Source: Selenomonadaceae bacterium
GTDB lineage: Bacteria; Bacillota; Negativicutes; Selenomonadales; Selenomonadaceae
NCBI GenBank assembly: GCA_017554285.1
Contig: JAFZIQ010000149.1
Coordinates: 1 to 60,104, forward strand
DNA length: 60,104 nucleotides
Reading direction: 5' to 3'
The notes beneath the pieces are model-generated. The model ran no database searches. It was not told the origin of the DNA and worked only from the letters and a program-made list of their open reading frames with translations. A program made the translations under genes and the position numbers. Each line of letters begins with the position of its first letter. Position 1 is the first letter of the stretch. Below are positions 46,424-56,068 of the stretch, piece after piece.

Positions 46424-48070
46424 TTAATCGCCGTCGTCTTCTTTATCGAACAGCTCGCAATAATAACCGTTCTTGCCGCTGTTCTTCACGTGATAAACCG
46501 CTTTGTCAGCCGACGCAAACAAGCTGTCATAATCGCGCCCGTTCTGCGGAGCAATCGCAATCCCGATACTAGCCGTTACAATGTGCCCTTTTCCTTCAAC
46601 CGTCAAATTAAACGCTATCTGCTTAATCTGTTCCGCCTTGCGAAGGACAACCTCCATATTCGGCAAGCTGTCAACGATAACAACAAATTCGTCGCCGCCA
46701 AATCGCCCGATACAATCATTCGGTCGGAAAATCTTCCTCAAGCCGCGTGCAAATTCGACTAAAACTTTATCGCCGAATTGATGCCCGAAAAGGTCGTTGA
46801 CTTCCTTAAAGTGATCCAAATCTATCACGTAAAACGCCATAAAAATATTTGAAGTCTCATTCTCATTGAACGTCTTAAGTTTCATTCGACAAAGATTTTC
46901 CATAGTCTTTTTGTTGAAAAGCTCGGTCAATCTGTCAAGCTCCGATTCCATTTTGAAAATATCGCGCTCCGAAGTCATTTTGTCGCGCTCGGAACGAATC
47001 TTATTGAACGCCTTCGCCATTTGTCCCAATTCGTCATCGCTGTTGACTTCGATTTTATCAATGGAAGTATTGCCGCTCGCAATCTCGTCAACAACGTTTG
47101 TCATCTCAATTATCGGATTTGTAACTTGAATCGTCAGCAAATACGCAACCAACGTTCCGATAAACAGCATAACCATTCCAAAAATTATCGCCTTAACCGC
47201 CTTATCGTAAACCAAATCCATAATGTAATGATAAGGACGAACGGTAATAATCATCCAGCCCGTATCAACATTTCTCGAATAAGTTACCAGAGAATCTTCG
47301 CCTTCAAAATCGATTCTGATAACGCCGCTGCTGTTATAAACTCTGTCCAAAATGAATTTATAATTGTTGTCAATCGAATACTCGGCTCCGAACTCCAAGC
47401 TGTTTTCGGAATGGACGATAACTCGCCCCGTCCTGTCCATTACGATAACCGCAATTTCTTCGTCATCAAAATTCTGAACGAACTCCAACAGAGATTCCAA
47501 ATTAAAATTCCTCTGAACCATGCCGACAGGTTTTCCCTCCGCATTGAGTATCGGAATTTCTATCGCTATCATCATTTTTCCCGTAGACATGCTGGAGACA
47601 ATATCCGAGACGTAACTTCTGCCCTTCATAGCCTCTTGAAAGTGCTGGCGTTTTTCCAGATTTACGAGCTTGGAACCGTCCGTGCGAAAAATTTGCATAC
47701 CGTCGGCTCCCGTTAATGCCATAAGGTTTGAATCGTTAAAAATGGCGTTGGTGTCTTCCAAAAGTTTCGTGACGCTTTCGCGTTGCGCTTCATTTTTATT
47801 CTGAACGTAATCGACTATCAGCGGTGATAATGCCAATGAATGCAAGACGTGTTGATTCACTTCGATTAATGATGAAACGTGCTCGGAGATAATCGTATTT
47901 CGGAGCAAACTGTTTTGTTTGGCTGTCGCTTCCAATTCGTAAACGGCATTGTATGCACTGACAACTACCAAAATGAGAAACGGGATTGCACCCATGATTA
48001 TAAAAAAGAAAAACATTCTGGCTTTGATGCCTTTACTGAAATCCATAATTCCTAATTCCTGATTCCTCAT
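46424..48070 (-). CDS. Diguanylate cyclase with periplasmic Cache-like sensor and HAMP domain
   Basis: TM, extracytoplasmic domain, TM, HAMP (IIEMTNVVDEIASGN), and GGDEF domain (RFGGDEFVVI). The first 8 codons of the ORF-track model are heptamer-repeat DNA, so ATG 48046 (MDFSKG) is an alternative start. Confidence 0.88.
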   Translation of the reverse strand: MRNQELGIMDFSKGIKARMFFFFIIMGAIPFLILVVVSAYNAVYELEATAKQNSLLRNTIISEHVSSLIEVNQHVLHSLALSPLIVDYVQNKNEAQRESVTKLLEDTNAIFNDSNLMALTGADGMQIFRTDGSKLVNLEKRQHFQEAMKGRSYVSDIVSSMSTGKMMIAIEIPILNAEGKPVGMVQRNFNLESLLEFVQNFDDEEIAVIVMDRTGRVIVHSENSLEFGAEYSIDNNYKFILDRVYNSSGVIRIDFEGEDSLVTYSRNVDTGWMIITVRPYHYIMDLVYDKAVKAIIFGMVMLFIGTLVAYLLTIQVTNPIIEMTNVVDEIASGNTSIDKIEVNSDDELGQMAKAFNKIRSERDKMTSERDIFKMESELDRLTELFNKKTMENLCRMKLKTFNENETSNIFMAFYVIDLDHFKEVNDLFGHQFGDKVLVEFARGLRKIFRPNDCIGRFGGDEFVVIVDSLPNMEVVLRKAEQIKQIAFNLTVEGKGHIVTASIGIAIAPQNGRDYDSLFASADKAVYHVKNSGKNGYYCELFDKEDDGD

Positions 48071-48089
48071 TCCTAATTGCTAAAATTGC
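48046..48089. repeat. Single-arm heptamer array at the 5' end of the diguanylate cyclase gene
   Basis: TAATTCC TAATTCC TGATTCC TCATTCC TAATTGC TAAAATTGC. On the minus strand this reads AGGAATTAGGAATTATG. Confidence 0.75.
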
Positions 48090-48096
48090 TAAGTTT

Positions 48097-49080
48097 CTAT
48101 TTTCCTAAATTCTGCATAAGCGTAAACATTGCAGGGAACAGCAAGACGATAAACATTGACGGGAAAATAAATAAAATCATCGGAAAAAGTATTTTGACGG
48201 GAGCTTTTAACGCCTCCGATTTAACCCATTGCCTGTGACGTTCGCGCATATTGTCCGCTTGAACTTTAAGCGTTCGCGTCATGCTTGTTCCCAATTTTTC
48301 CGCCTGTATTACCGAAGTCGTGAACAAATAAATTTCCTCAATGTCGCAACGCCGCGCCATAGCCGTTAAAGCATATTGATGCGTCATGCCCAACGCAACG
48401 TCATTTTGCATTCGGCGAAATTCGTCGATAAGAGGTCCTTTCATGCGCTTAACCATTTTGGCAACTGCGCCATCGAAAGATAAGCCCGCCTGTACGCTGA
48501 CGCAAAGTATATCCAAGAATTCGGGTAATTGCTTGCGAATATTCCGCTGACGTTGCCGAATTTTTGAATTCAATATCGCGAAAGGAATTGCCGCGCCCAT
48601 AAATATTCCTATTCCTATAACCGTAATCCTTTGTACGGGATTAATTTCGGGATGTTGCTGTGCAAACATTATCGCGCCGACAGTAATAATCGCAATCGAG
48701 AAACACCAGAAAGTTACCAAATGTTGAACACTCCACGAGCCTGTTTTACCTGCGCGGAAAATTTTTTCTTCGAGTTGTTCTCTAATCGCAGTCGGTGCAA
48801 GTCGCTGAATCCGTTCTTCAATAAGATGTACAATCGGGCTGATGACGCGAACATATAATGATTCTCTTTTCTCGGCTTGCTCAAGCCCTTCTTCTATTGA
48901 TAATGCCGCCGCCGTACTCTTTTTTTTGCCGGTCTTCTTTAATCTGTCCGCTTCCGCTTGGTCTATCATTTTATTGAGTCTCTCGCGGAGCTGAGCTTCG
49001 GGCGTTTGTTTTAACTGCCAAATTATGACGATAAAAAGAAACCAAAATACCGCGCCGCCGATAGCAAGTTTAAGAATCAC
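48097..49080 (-). CDS. tadC: Tad pilus inner-membrane platform protein (T2SS-F domain, TadC-like)
   Basis: 327 aa. T2SS-F-type helices and TM pattern. Sits immediately downstream of cpaF/tadA. Confidence 0.8.
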   Translation of the reverse strand: MILKLAIGGAVFWFLFIVIIWQLKQTPEAQLRERLNKMIDQAEADRLKKTGKKKSTAAALSIEEGLEQAEKRESLYVRVISPIVHLIEERIQRLAPTAIREQLEEKIFRAGKTGSWSVQHLVTFWCFSIAIITVGAIMFAQQHPEINPVQRITVIGIGIFMGAAIPFAILNSKIRQRQRNIRKQLPEFLDILCVSVQAGLSFDGAVAKMVKRMKGPLIDEFRRMQNDVALGMTHQYALTAMARRCDIEEIYLFTTSVIQAEKLGTSMTRTLKVQADNMRERHRQWVKSEALKAPVKILFPMILFIFPSMFIVLLFPAMFTLMQNLGK

Positions 49081-49086
49081 AGAAAT

Positions 49087-50586
49087 TCACCTCCGCCCCG
49101 CCGCGAAAAATGAAGTCGGCAAATCGACGCCGTTCATTTGGAATTTATCCATGAATTTCGGCAGGAGCCCCATACTTTCAAAATGCCCGACAGATTTACC
49201 GTTGTTATCGATATAATCCTGCACGTAGCGGAATAAATCTTGCAAAATAATCGTGTCGCCTTCCATGCCCTGTACTTCAGAAATGTAAGTAATTTTTCTG
49301 CTGCCGTCGCGAATGCGTGACTGTTGCAGAATCAAATCGATAGCGGAGGAAACTTGCGTTCGGACTGCGCGGACGGGCAATTCCATACCTGCCATTAAAA
49401 CCATAGTTTCAAGGCGGCTCAGAACGTCACGCGGCGTATTGGCATGTGCCGTTGTCAAAGAACCGTCATGCCCCGTATTCATCGCTTGGAGCATATCGAG
49501 AGCCTCGCCCGCACGAACCTCACCGACAATAATTCTGTCGGGGCGCATACGCAAAGCATTTTTAACCAAATCGCGAATTGTTATCGCGCCGTGTCCTTCC
49601 AAGTTGGCGGGACGACTTTCGAGCGTAACGACGTGTGCTTGTTGCAAGCGTAATTCTGCCGCGTCTTCAATCGTAACAATTCTGTCCGTTTCGGGAATAA
49701 AGGACGATAAAACATTCAGCGTTGTCGTCTTGCCGGAGCCTGTACCGCCCGAAACCAAGATATTCAAACGCGCTCGAACGCAGGCATTAAGGAAAGTCGC
49801 CATATCGTCGCTGAGAGTTCCGAATCCGACCAAATCATCTATCGACAAAGCTTTTTTGGAAAATTTTCTTATGGTAACTGCCGGACCGACCAAAGACAGC
49901 GGCGGAATAATTATATTGACGCGGGAGCCGTCGGCTAAACGGGCGTCAACCAAAGGGCTTGATTCGTCAACACGACGACCGAGCGGCGTTAAAATTTTCT
50001 CGATAATGTTCATCAAATGCGCGTTATCATAAAAGCGAACGTCGCTGAGTTTAAGCTTGCCCTTTTGCTCGATAAAAATTTGATGAGGGCCGTTTATCAT
50101 GATTTCGGTAATGGAATCATTTTGCAGGAGCGGTTCAAGAGGCCCCAAACCGAGCAATTCATTGCTTATATCTTCAACGAGCTGAATTCTTTCGCCGCGT
50201 GACAGAGTGTAAGAAGTTTCCGCCATTTCGCGAGTTGTGTAGATAGTTATGATATTTTTAATTTGGTCGCGAGCCTCTTCACCTTTTATCAGAATTGCCT
50301 GTTCTTCGGCTGTCATTTCGTCCACTATTCGGCGGTGGACGGCAAGTTTTAATTCTTGCATGACATCATTTCTTGAAACAAGGGCGCGTCTTCCCGCAAA
50401 TGCCGATGCCTCAACAGGTGCCTCGCGTTCCTGTTGCATTTGTTTTTCGGTATAGGTTTGTCTTTCAGCTTCTAATTGTTGTTGGGCTTTTGATTCGACT
50501 TTCGGCGGTGTTTTTTCGGGAACTGCCGGTTTTTTTTCTTGAGTTTTACCGCCCAATCTTTCAAGCAATGAAAGTGATCTTGCCAT
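49087..50586 (-). CDS. cpaF: Tad/Flp pilus assembly ATPase CpaF/TadA
   Basis: Walker A VSGGTGSGKTT, the Asp/His boxes of secretion ATPases (ITIEDAAEL, GHDGSLTTAHAN), and an N-terminal low-complexity region. Confidence 0.92.
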   Translation of the reverse strand: MARSLSLLERLGGKTQEKKPAVPEKTPPKVESKAQQQLEAERQTYTEKQMQQEREAPVEASAFAGRRALVSRNDVMQELKLAVHRRIVDEMTAEEQAILIKGEEARDQIKNIITIYTTREMAETSYTLSRGERIQLVEDISNELLGLGPLEPLLQNDSITEIMINGPHQIFIEQKGKLKLSDVRFYDNAHLMNIIEKILTPLGRRVDESSPLVDARLADGSRVNIIIPPLSLVGPAVTIRKFSKKALSIDDLVGFGTLSDDMATFLNACVRARLNILVSGGTGSGKTTTLNVLSSFIPETDRIVTIEDAAELRLQQAHVVTLESRPANLEGHGAITIRDLVKNALRMRPDRIIVGEVRAGEALDMLQAMNTGHDGSLTTAHANTPRDVLSRLETMVLMAGMELPVRAVRTQVSSAIDLILQQSRIRDGSRKITYISEVQGMEGDTIILQDLFRYVQDYIDNNGKSVGHFESMGLLPKFMDKFQMNGVDLPTSFFAAGRR

Positions 50587-50633
50587 GAAAAATTTTCTCT
50601 CCTTTGACTTTATGTTTCAAAAAAGATTTCTTG

Positions 50634-50990
50634 TTATTCCATTTTCATTCTGTAATTGATAGTAAGTTCTTCAGGTATAAAAATAAAGGCTTTATCCCTT
50701 TTGAAATCGACTCTGACGAGAACATCTCCGCCTTCAGTGGAAACATTAAACGAGACAGCATAAATGCCGGCAGCTATGTCTTTATATTGGTTATATTTTT
50801 CCATGAGATTTTCTCTGTTGCTTTCGTCGCCAGCCAATGCGATTTCGCGGGCTATTGTACGGGCTTGATTGTTGAAGTTCAGATAATCCATAAACATTAT
50901 TCCGCCGTAAATCATGGCAAAGATAAGCAGAAAAACAATCGGTGCCATGAGTGCAAATTCTACTGCGGACTGACCGTTTTGCTTATTCAT
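50634..50990 (-). CDS. TadE-like pseudopilin
   Basis: 118 aa. N-terminus MNKQNGQSAVEFALMAPIVFLLIFAMIYGG is a TadE/TadG-type hydrophobic start. Confidence 0.75.
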   Translation of the reverse strand: MNKQNGQSAVEFALMAPIVFLLIFAMIYGGIMFMDYLNFNNQARTIAREIALAGDESNRENLMEKYNQYKDIAAGIYAVSFNVSTEGGDVLVRVDFKRDKAFIFIPEELTINYRMKME

Positions 50991-51072
50991 AATATCCTGC
51001 TCCTCTCCCTTCTGCCAATCGAATTCCGAAATATTTTAAAAGAAAATGTAGACGTTTACAAGCCTTTCAGTC

Positions 51073-51103
51073 AAAAAAAAAGCCCCCAAAAAAATTTGGA
51101 AGC
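51073..51103 (-). terminator. Possible attenuating terminator downstream of the flp pilin gene
   Basis: The minus strand reads GCTTCC-AAATTTTTTT-GGGGGC (stem includes G-U pairs) followed by 9 T. Confidence 0.35.
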
Positions 51104-51165
51104 AGATAAATTTCTGTCAAGAAAAATTAGCTTACATCTTTTTACCTTTTAGAAATTACTACTAA

Positions 51166-51396
51166 TTATTTGCCGACATTATTCGTTGCATCGTTAGCTT
51201 CAACTACTTTTTCAGACGCATTGCTGAATGCGCTCGTGACGGCACTGCCGACGCCTTCTTCAGAGAAAGCCCAAATAGCAACTGCCGCAACAAAAGCGAT
51301 GATAAGTGCGTATTCGACCATGCCTTGCCCCTTTTCAGAGGACTTAATTTTTTCTGTCAAACTTCTAATGTACGTAAACAATATTATCTCCTCCAT
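51166..51396 (-). CDS. flp: Flp/Fap family pilin
   Basis: Leader ending KGQG followed by MVEYALIIAFVAAVAIWAF, the Flp motif G|xxxxEY plus a hydrophobic helix. Confidence 0.85.
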   Translation of the reverse strand: MEEIILFTYIRSLTEKIKSSEKGQGMVEYALIIAFVAAVAIWAFSEEGVGSAVTSAFSNASEKVVEANDATNNVGK

Positions 51397-51479
51397 CCTT
51401 AGATTGAAAACGATTAATATTTATCCCCTGACGACTTAACCTGTCACATCAAAGCCGATTCAAAGCTCACTCAAAATTT

Positions 51480-52442
51480 TTAAATCTCAATGTCAACGAT
51501 TCTCTGAATAACGATATAGCCTATGAGTTCCATGAGAAGCGCGAAAGCCAATGCGTAATGTCCCATTTGTTCATCAATGAAAACTTGCATTTGCTCGCGA
51601 TTGAACATCCAGCAAAAAACAGCCATAGCGAAAGGCAGGCAGATAAGCACCCACGAAGAAAGTCTGCCTTGTGCAGTCAGAGCGTTGATTTCGCGTTTCA
51701 TGCGAATACGGTCGCTGATAGTTTCGCTTATAGTATCAAGGATCTGTGCGAGGTTGCCGCCGACTTCGCGCTGAATCAAAACTGCCGTAACAACGAGGTC
51801 GAAATCCGAACTGCCGACGCGAGTATTCATTTGGTCAAGTGCATTTTCCAATGACACGCCCATTGCTATATCCGTCATTACACGTTCAAATTCCACGCTG
51901 ATAGGCGGCTCCATTTCTTTTGCGACTACGTCCATAGCTTGTTGAAAGCTGTAGCCTGCGCGAAGAGCATTTGCAACAGTCGTTAAACAATCGCCGAGTT
52001 GTTCGGTAAAAGAATTCCTGCGGCGTCTTACCAAAAAAGAGAGCCAAACCAAGATAAACATGGGAGCCATTGCACCCACAAAGGGGGCAAACATCAAGTT
52101 CAATGTCACGATGTAAACCAAAAATGTTGTTGCAACTGCACTGATTACCAAGACAACTATAAATTCTGCGCCGTACAGCGGGATTCCTGCTTGTTTGAGT
52201 TTAAAATCCAAATTTCTTGCGGCATTCCACGCCGAAAAAGGCTTAGACGCTTGCTTTATGAATTTATAAGCTCGCTGAACAAGCGGTTCATTTTCCTTAG
52301 CCTTACCGGTTTTATCGACGACATTATGGCGGCGGAGTCGGTGAAAAACATTCACGCTTTGACTTCTTTTGACGAATAAAACTATCAACGCTACGATTAT
52401 AAAAGTCAATACGGCACAAAACGCCGCCAATAAAAATCGCAA
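51480..52442 (-). CDS. tadB: Tad pilus inner-membrane platform protein (T2SS-F domain, TadB-like)
   Basis: 320 aa with an N-terminal TM and a T2SS-F domain (LANALRAGYSFQQAMD...). Confidence 0.8.
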   Translation of the reverse strand: MRFLLAAFCAVLTFIIVALIVLFVKRSQSVNVFHRLRRHNVVDKTGKAKENEPLVQRAYKFIKQASKPFSAWNAARNLDFKLKQAGIPLYGAEFIVVLVISAVATTFLVYIVTLNLMFAPFVGAMAPMFILVWLSFLVRRRRNSFTEQLGDCLTTVANALRAGYSFQQAMDVVAKEMEPPISVEFERVMTDIAMGVSLENALDQMNTRVGSSDFDLVVTAVLIQREVGGNLAQILDTISETISDRIRMKREINALTAQGRLSSWVLICLPFAMAVFCWMFNREQMQVFIDEQMGHYALAFALLMELIGYIVIQRIVDIEI

Positions 52443-52447
52443 GCTGT

Positions 52448-53584
52448 CTACCTCCTTTCGTTTGCCGCCGCTATAACTTTGTCTGCCATAGAATTTACAC
52501 TTTTCATCAAAAGAGTATCCGGAGGCAAACCTCGCGATAAACGACCGCTGTTTGCTATTGAAATCATGCGATATTCGTTGGGAATCATGACATCAACAGG
52601 ATAATTGAGTTTAAGCTCTATTTTCAACCTCTGATCTTCCGTGAAGGGATTAACACGAGTGAAGACCGTTTTGACATTGACTTTATCATCATCGAATTGC
52701 GAGTTAAACATTTCCAACGACTTTCTGACGTGGTTAATCTCAAAACCGCTGTTAATCATTGTTGTCACGAAAACCACATCAGACATTCTGCAAACGTTTA
52801 ATGACAACGGATTAAAACCTGCGGGCAAATCGATAAGCACATAGCGGAAAATGTTACCTGTCATGGCGACGACTTCAACGAGATTTTCGGGCGAAACAAG
52901 TTCGGCATATTCGGGACGATCGGGGCTTGCCAAAAGTGAAACGCCTTTTTTAATCTCGCTAAAGTATGGCGCGAAAGTCATCGGCGTTAAAAGTTTTATA
53001 TCTTGCGTGGCGTCAACAAGGGTACGTTTCGGAGCCAAGTCGAAGAAAATAGGCAAGTCTCCGAATTGCAAATCTGCATCAATCAGAGCCACGCGCTCGC
53101 CGGTTTTTTCGGCAATCAGCAAAGCGAGTAATGCCGCAAGCGTAGTGCGACCGGAACGACCTTTCGGGCTGAAGAATGAAATAAATCGCGCAGGTTCATG
53201 TTTGCCGCGAGCAGCATAGAGCTGAAGATATTCCAAAACTTCTTTAGCCGTAAAGGGTTTTATAATACAACCTGTGATGCCCGCCTCCATAGCTCGTTGA
53301 GCTTTGAGCGCGTCCCATTGAGCCATCATGCCCAAGACATAAGCTCCGGGAAATACACTGTCGAAAGTCTCTAAAATGTTCAGAGTTTCCTCGTTATCAA
53401 TGTTTATAAAGAACAAATTCGGATTAAACATGCTCGCCGGACCGATTGCCGCCTTTGCAGTCTTGTAGGTCGAGGAAACTTCAAAATCGGGTGACCGTCT
53501 TAACGTAGCAACAATATCTTCAAGCATGTCCGAATCTTCTTCAATTACAATCACTCGATAAGCCAAAATCTCACCCTCCTGCAT
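52448..53584 (-). CDS. TadZ/CpaE-like ParA-family ATPase with N-terminal receiver-like domain
   Basis: N-terminal CheY-like fold (VIVIEEDSDMLEDI...), then deviant Walker A SFFSPKGRSGRTTLAALLALL and the ALIDADLQFGDL motif typical of CpaE/TadZ. Confidence 0.8.
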   Translation of the reverse strand: MQEGEILAYRVIVIEEDSDMLEDIVATLRRSPDFEVSSTYKTAKAAIGPASMFNPNLFFINIDNEETLNILETFDSVFPGAYVLGMMAQWDALKAQRAMEAGITGCIIKPFTAKEVLEYLQLYAARGKHEPARFISFFSPKGRSGRTTLAALLALLIAEKTGERVALIDADLQFGDLPIFFDLAPKRTLVDATQDIKLLTPMTFAPYFSEIKKGVSLLASPDRPEYAELVSPENLVEVVAMTGNIFRYVLIDLPAGFNPLSLNVCRMSDVVFVTTMINSGFEINHVRKSLEMFNSQFDDDKVNVKTVFTRVNPFTEDQRLKIELKLNYPVDVMIPNEYRMISIANSGRLSRGLPPDTLLMKSVNSMADKVIAAANERR

Positions 53585-53608
53585 AAAATTTCTTTATAAA
53601 AAGTTTGA

Positions 53609-54469
53609 TTAAAAGCCGAAAAATTTTCCGATACCTTTGGTAATGGTGCTGAATAATCCGCCGTTACTTTTAATTTCGGGCTTAACGGTCGATTGTCTGT
53701 TGGTGTAGCGACCGACCAAGTTATAAAAACTCTCCGTCAAGCGCGAATCGGGCGCGGCGAACATCAACGGTTGCCCTGCATTGATTGACTTATTGACTGC
53801 AGGGAAGTCGTTAGGGAATCTGTGATAAAACGGCTCGCCCAAAAGTCTTTCAACGTCCTTGCCTTCAATCAATTTTTGAGAGTCGGCGCGGTTTTCGATA
53901 AGGCGAATTTTACTTTCCTCATATTCAAATCGAAGTAAGGTATCGTAACCGATTTTGTAGTTTTTCAAAGCAGGTAAGAAATCGATGACGCCAATATAGT
54001 TTATAATCGTGCTCATGTCAAGCATTGCGAGATTTAACGAACTGAACATTGAATTAAGGTCGAGAATGATGAAATCATAATAATCCATTTGCTTGATAAT
54101 GCTTGTAAGAATTTGAACGTCGGTTTGATAAGCGTCATAAATGAAACGCGGCGCGGGCAAAATCGAAAACTCCAATTTGCCTATTCTGTATTCCGTCAGA
54201 AAATTTTCTATGCGGAAATTTTCGGGGTTGTCAAGGTAAGCGCGTTGAGCACCCGCAACCGTATTTGAAGAATTCAATTTCAGATAGTTAAGCACGTCGC
54301 CGAATTGTAAATCGAGGTCGGCGAGACAAACTTTATAACCTTCATTGGCAAGACCTGCCGCCAGATTAATTGCGATAACGGTTTTGCCTATGCCGGGCGA
54401 GGTACTGAAAACGCTGATAATTATGCTGGTTCTTTGAATCATATTGCTTGCTGTGCCTGCCATCTTCAA
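53609..54469 (-). CDS. Second ParA/MinD/CpaE-like ATPase
   Basis: Deviant Walker A VFSTSPGIGKTVIAINLAAGL and CLADLDLQFGDV. No receiver domain. Confidence 0.75.
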   Translation of the reverse strand: MKMAGTASNMIQRTSIIISVFSTSPGIGKTVIAINLAAGLANEGYKVCLADLDLQFGDVLNYLKLNSSNTVAGAQRAYLDNPENFRIENFLTEYRIGKLEFSILPAPRFIYDAYQTDVQILTSIIKQMDYYDFIILDLNSMFSSLNLAMLDMSTIINYIGVIDFLPALKNYKIGYDTLLRFEYEESKIRLIENRADSQKLIEGKDVERLLGEPFYHRFPNDFPAVNKSINAGQPLMFAAPDSRLTESFYNLVGRYTNRQSTVKPEIKSNGGLFSTITKGIGKFFGF

Positions 54470-54484
54470 GACCTCCGTTCTTTA

Positions 54485-56050
54485 TTATTTTCCGTGAAAA
54501 GGCTCGTCTGTTTCCGATTTATCCAGAGGGAATTCGACGATCTCATCATCATTAGGAGATTTATTTTTTTTATCAGTCGTTGACTGCTTGTTGTCTTGAT
54601 TAATTTTGGAGGGCGGCAGAATTCTTGGAGGCTCTTCTTCCTCATATTCTTCTTCCGGCTCCGGTTTTTTGAAATCATAATTTTTCATTGCGTCGCGATA
54701 TTGTTGCTCGCCTTCATACCATTGACGCATCGGCTGAGAAATTTCGGTTTGGGAATTTTCGTCTTCACCGACGAGATAAGGCGTTACAACGATTATCAAT
54801 TCCCGCTTATCTCTTGATTTGGACGTGTGCTTGAAAAATTCGCCGAGAATCGGAATGTCGCCGAGAAAGGGAATTTTGGAAATACGTTTGCTTTCCGAAG
54901 AATCCATTAAGCCGCCTATAACAATCGGCGCACCGGAATTCAGATTTATGACGGAATCGGCACTGCGCGTAGTGATTATCGGCAAGCCGTTACTCATATA
55001 TTCGCCAATATTACTGACTTCCGCATGAACCATTGAATTGATTCGATTTTGCGCGTCGACAACGGGGCGGAATTGAAGAATGATTCCGTAGTTTTCAAAT
55101 TGTGTATTGGTCGAACCGTTAGAACTTGTCGTAGTGTAAGGGACTTTGCCGCCGATTTGAATTGTAGCTTGTTCGCCGCTTAAAGTCGTTACGCTCGGAC
55201 GAGAAAGAATTCTGGCTTTGCCGTTGCTGACCAAAAGGCTGAGCGTGGCATTAATAGGCCCGAAGTGCTGACTTATTCTGTCAATCAGCGGCTTTTCAAA
55301 ATTGGTGGTACTCGTATTGGTAGGGCTGTAATATTCCCCGAAATAAAATTTTCCGTTACTGCCGCTCTCGCCGTATTGGAATCCCAAATCCTTAGTATTT
55401 TCGGAATTGATTTCAATAATCTGCGCTTCAAGTCGAATTTGAGTCGGATAAAGAATTTGCAACATGTCAATGATCTTGCCCTTAGATTCGGACTTGGTCA
55501 TTTCGAGATTGCCGCTTCTGCCTACATTATTTGCCGCCGCAGTATTGAGGGTCATGTCAAAACCGCTGCCGACGAGGATACTGCTTTCGCTGTTGCCGTC
55601 AATGAACAGCCGCGCAGTTTGCAAGGCATAATTTTTTTCGTACTGATTTCGGACTGTGCCGGTAAGCAAAAGTCTGTCGCCAATCATTTTGACATGAACA
55701 TCGGGCAGATTAATTGCCTGTTCGATAAGCATTGCTTGACCGGGATCTTCGGGCGAGACGACGATTAAATATTCATGACGAACTCCGTCAATCGTCCAGA
55801 CGAAAAGCGCAGTCGAGCCGGGATTTTCTTTGGTTACTATCAAGAATTCACTTGCCGAGCCGGGTAACTGAATAACTGTCGCCACGCCGGGATTTCCTAC
55901 GGCAATGCGCGTTATCAGTTTTTGCATGTCCATATAACGAGAAGTTTTAATATTAATGCTGAGAGTTTCGGGCATGGCGTAAACACTCGGCGAAACAAAG
56001 GAGACTGCCGCCGCCGTCAGAAAAAATTTTTTCAAAAAAGAATAGCTCAT
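54485..56050 (-). CDS. Tad pilus secretin (RcpA/CpaC family)
   Basis: Signal peptide, BON/N-domains, and secretin C-domain (VIGGLMDSSESKRISKIPFLGDIPILGEFFKHTSKSRDKRELIIVVTPYLV). Acidic/Pro-rich C-terminal tail. Confidence 0.9.
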   Translation of the reverse strand: MSYSFLKKFFLTAAAVSFVSPSVYAMPETLSINIKTSRYMDMQKLITRIAVGNPGVATVIQLPGSASEFLIVTKENPGSTALFVWTIDGVRHEYLIVVSPEDPGQAMLIEQAINLPDVHVKMIGDRLLLTGTVRNQYEKNYALQTARLFIDGNSESSILVGSGFDMTLNTAAANNVGRSGNLEMTKSESKGKIIDMLQILYPTQIRLEAQIIEINSENTKDLGFQYGESGSNGKFYFGEYYSPTNTSTTNFEKPLIDRISQHFGPINATLSLLVSNGKARILSRPSVTTLSGEQATIQIGGKVPYTTTSSNGSTNTQFENYGIILQFRPVVDAQNRINSMVHAEVSNIGEYMSNGLPIITTRSADSVINLNSGAPIVIGGLMDSSESKRISKIPFLGDIPILGEFFKHTSKSRDKRELIIVVTPYLVGEDENSQTEISQPMRQWYEGEQQYRDAMKNYDFKKPEPEEEYEEEEPPRILPPSKINQDNKQSTTDKKNKSPNDDEIVEFPLDKSETDEPFHGK

Positions 56051-56068
56051 AATAAGTTCCTCTTAGCA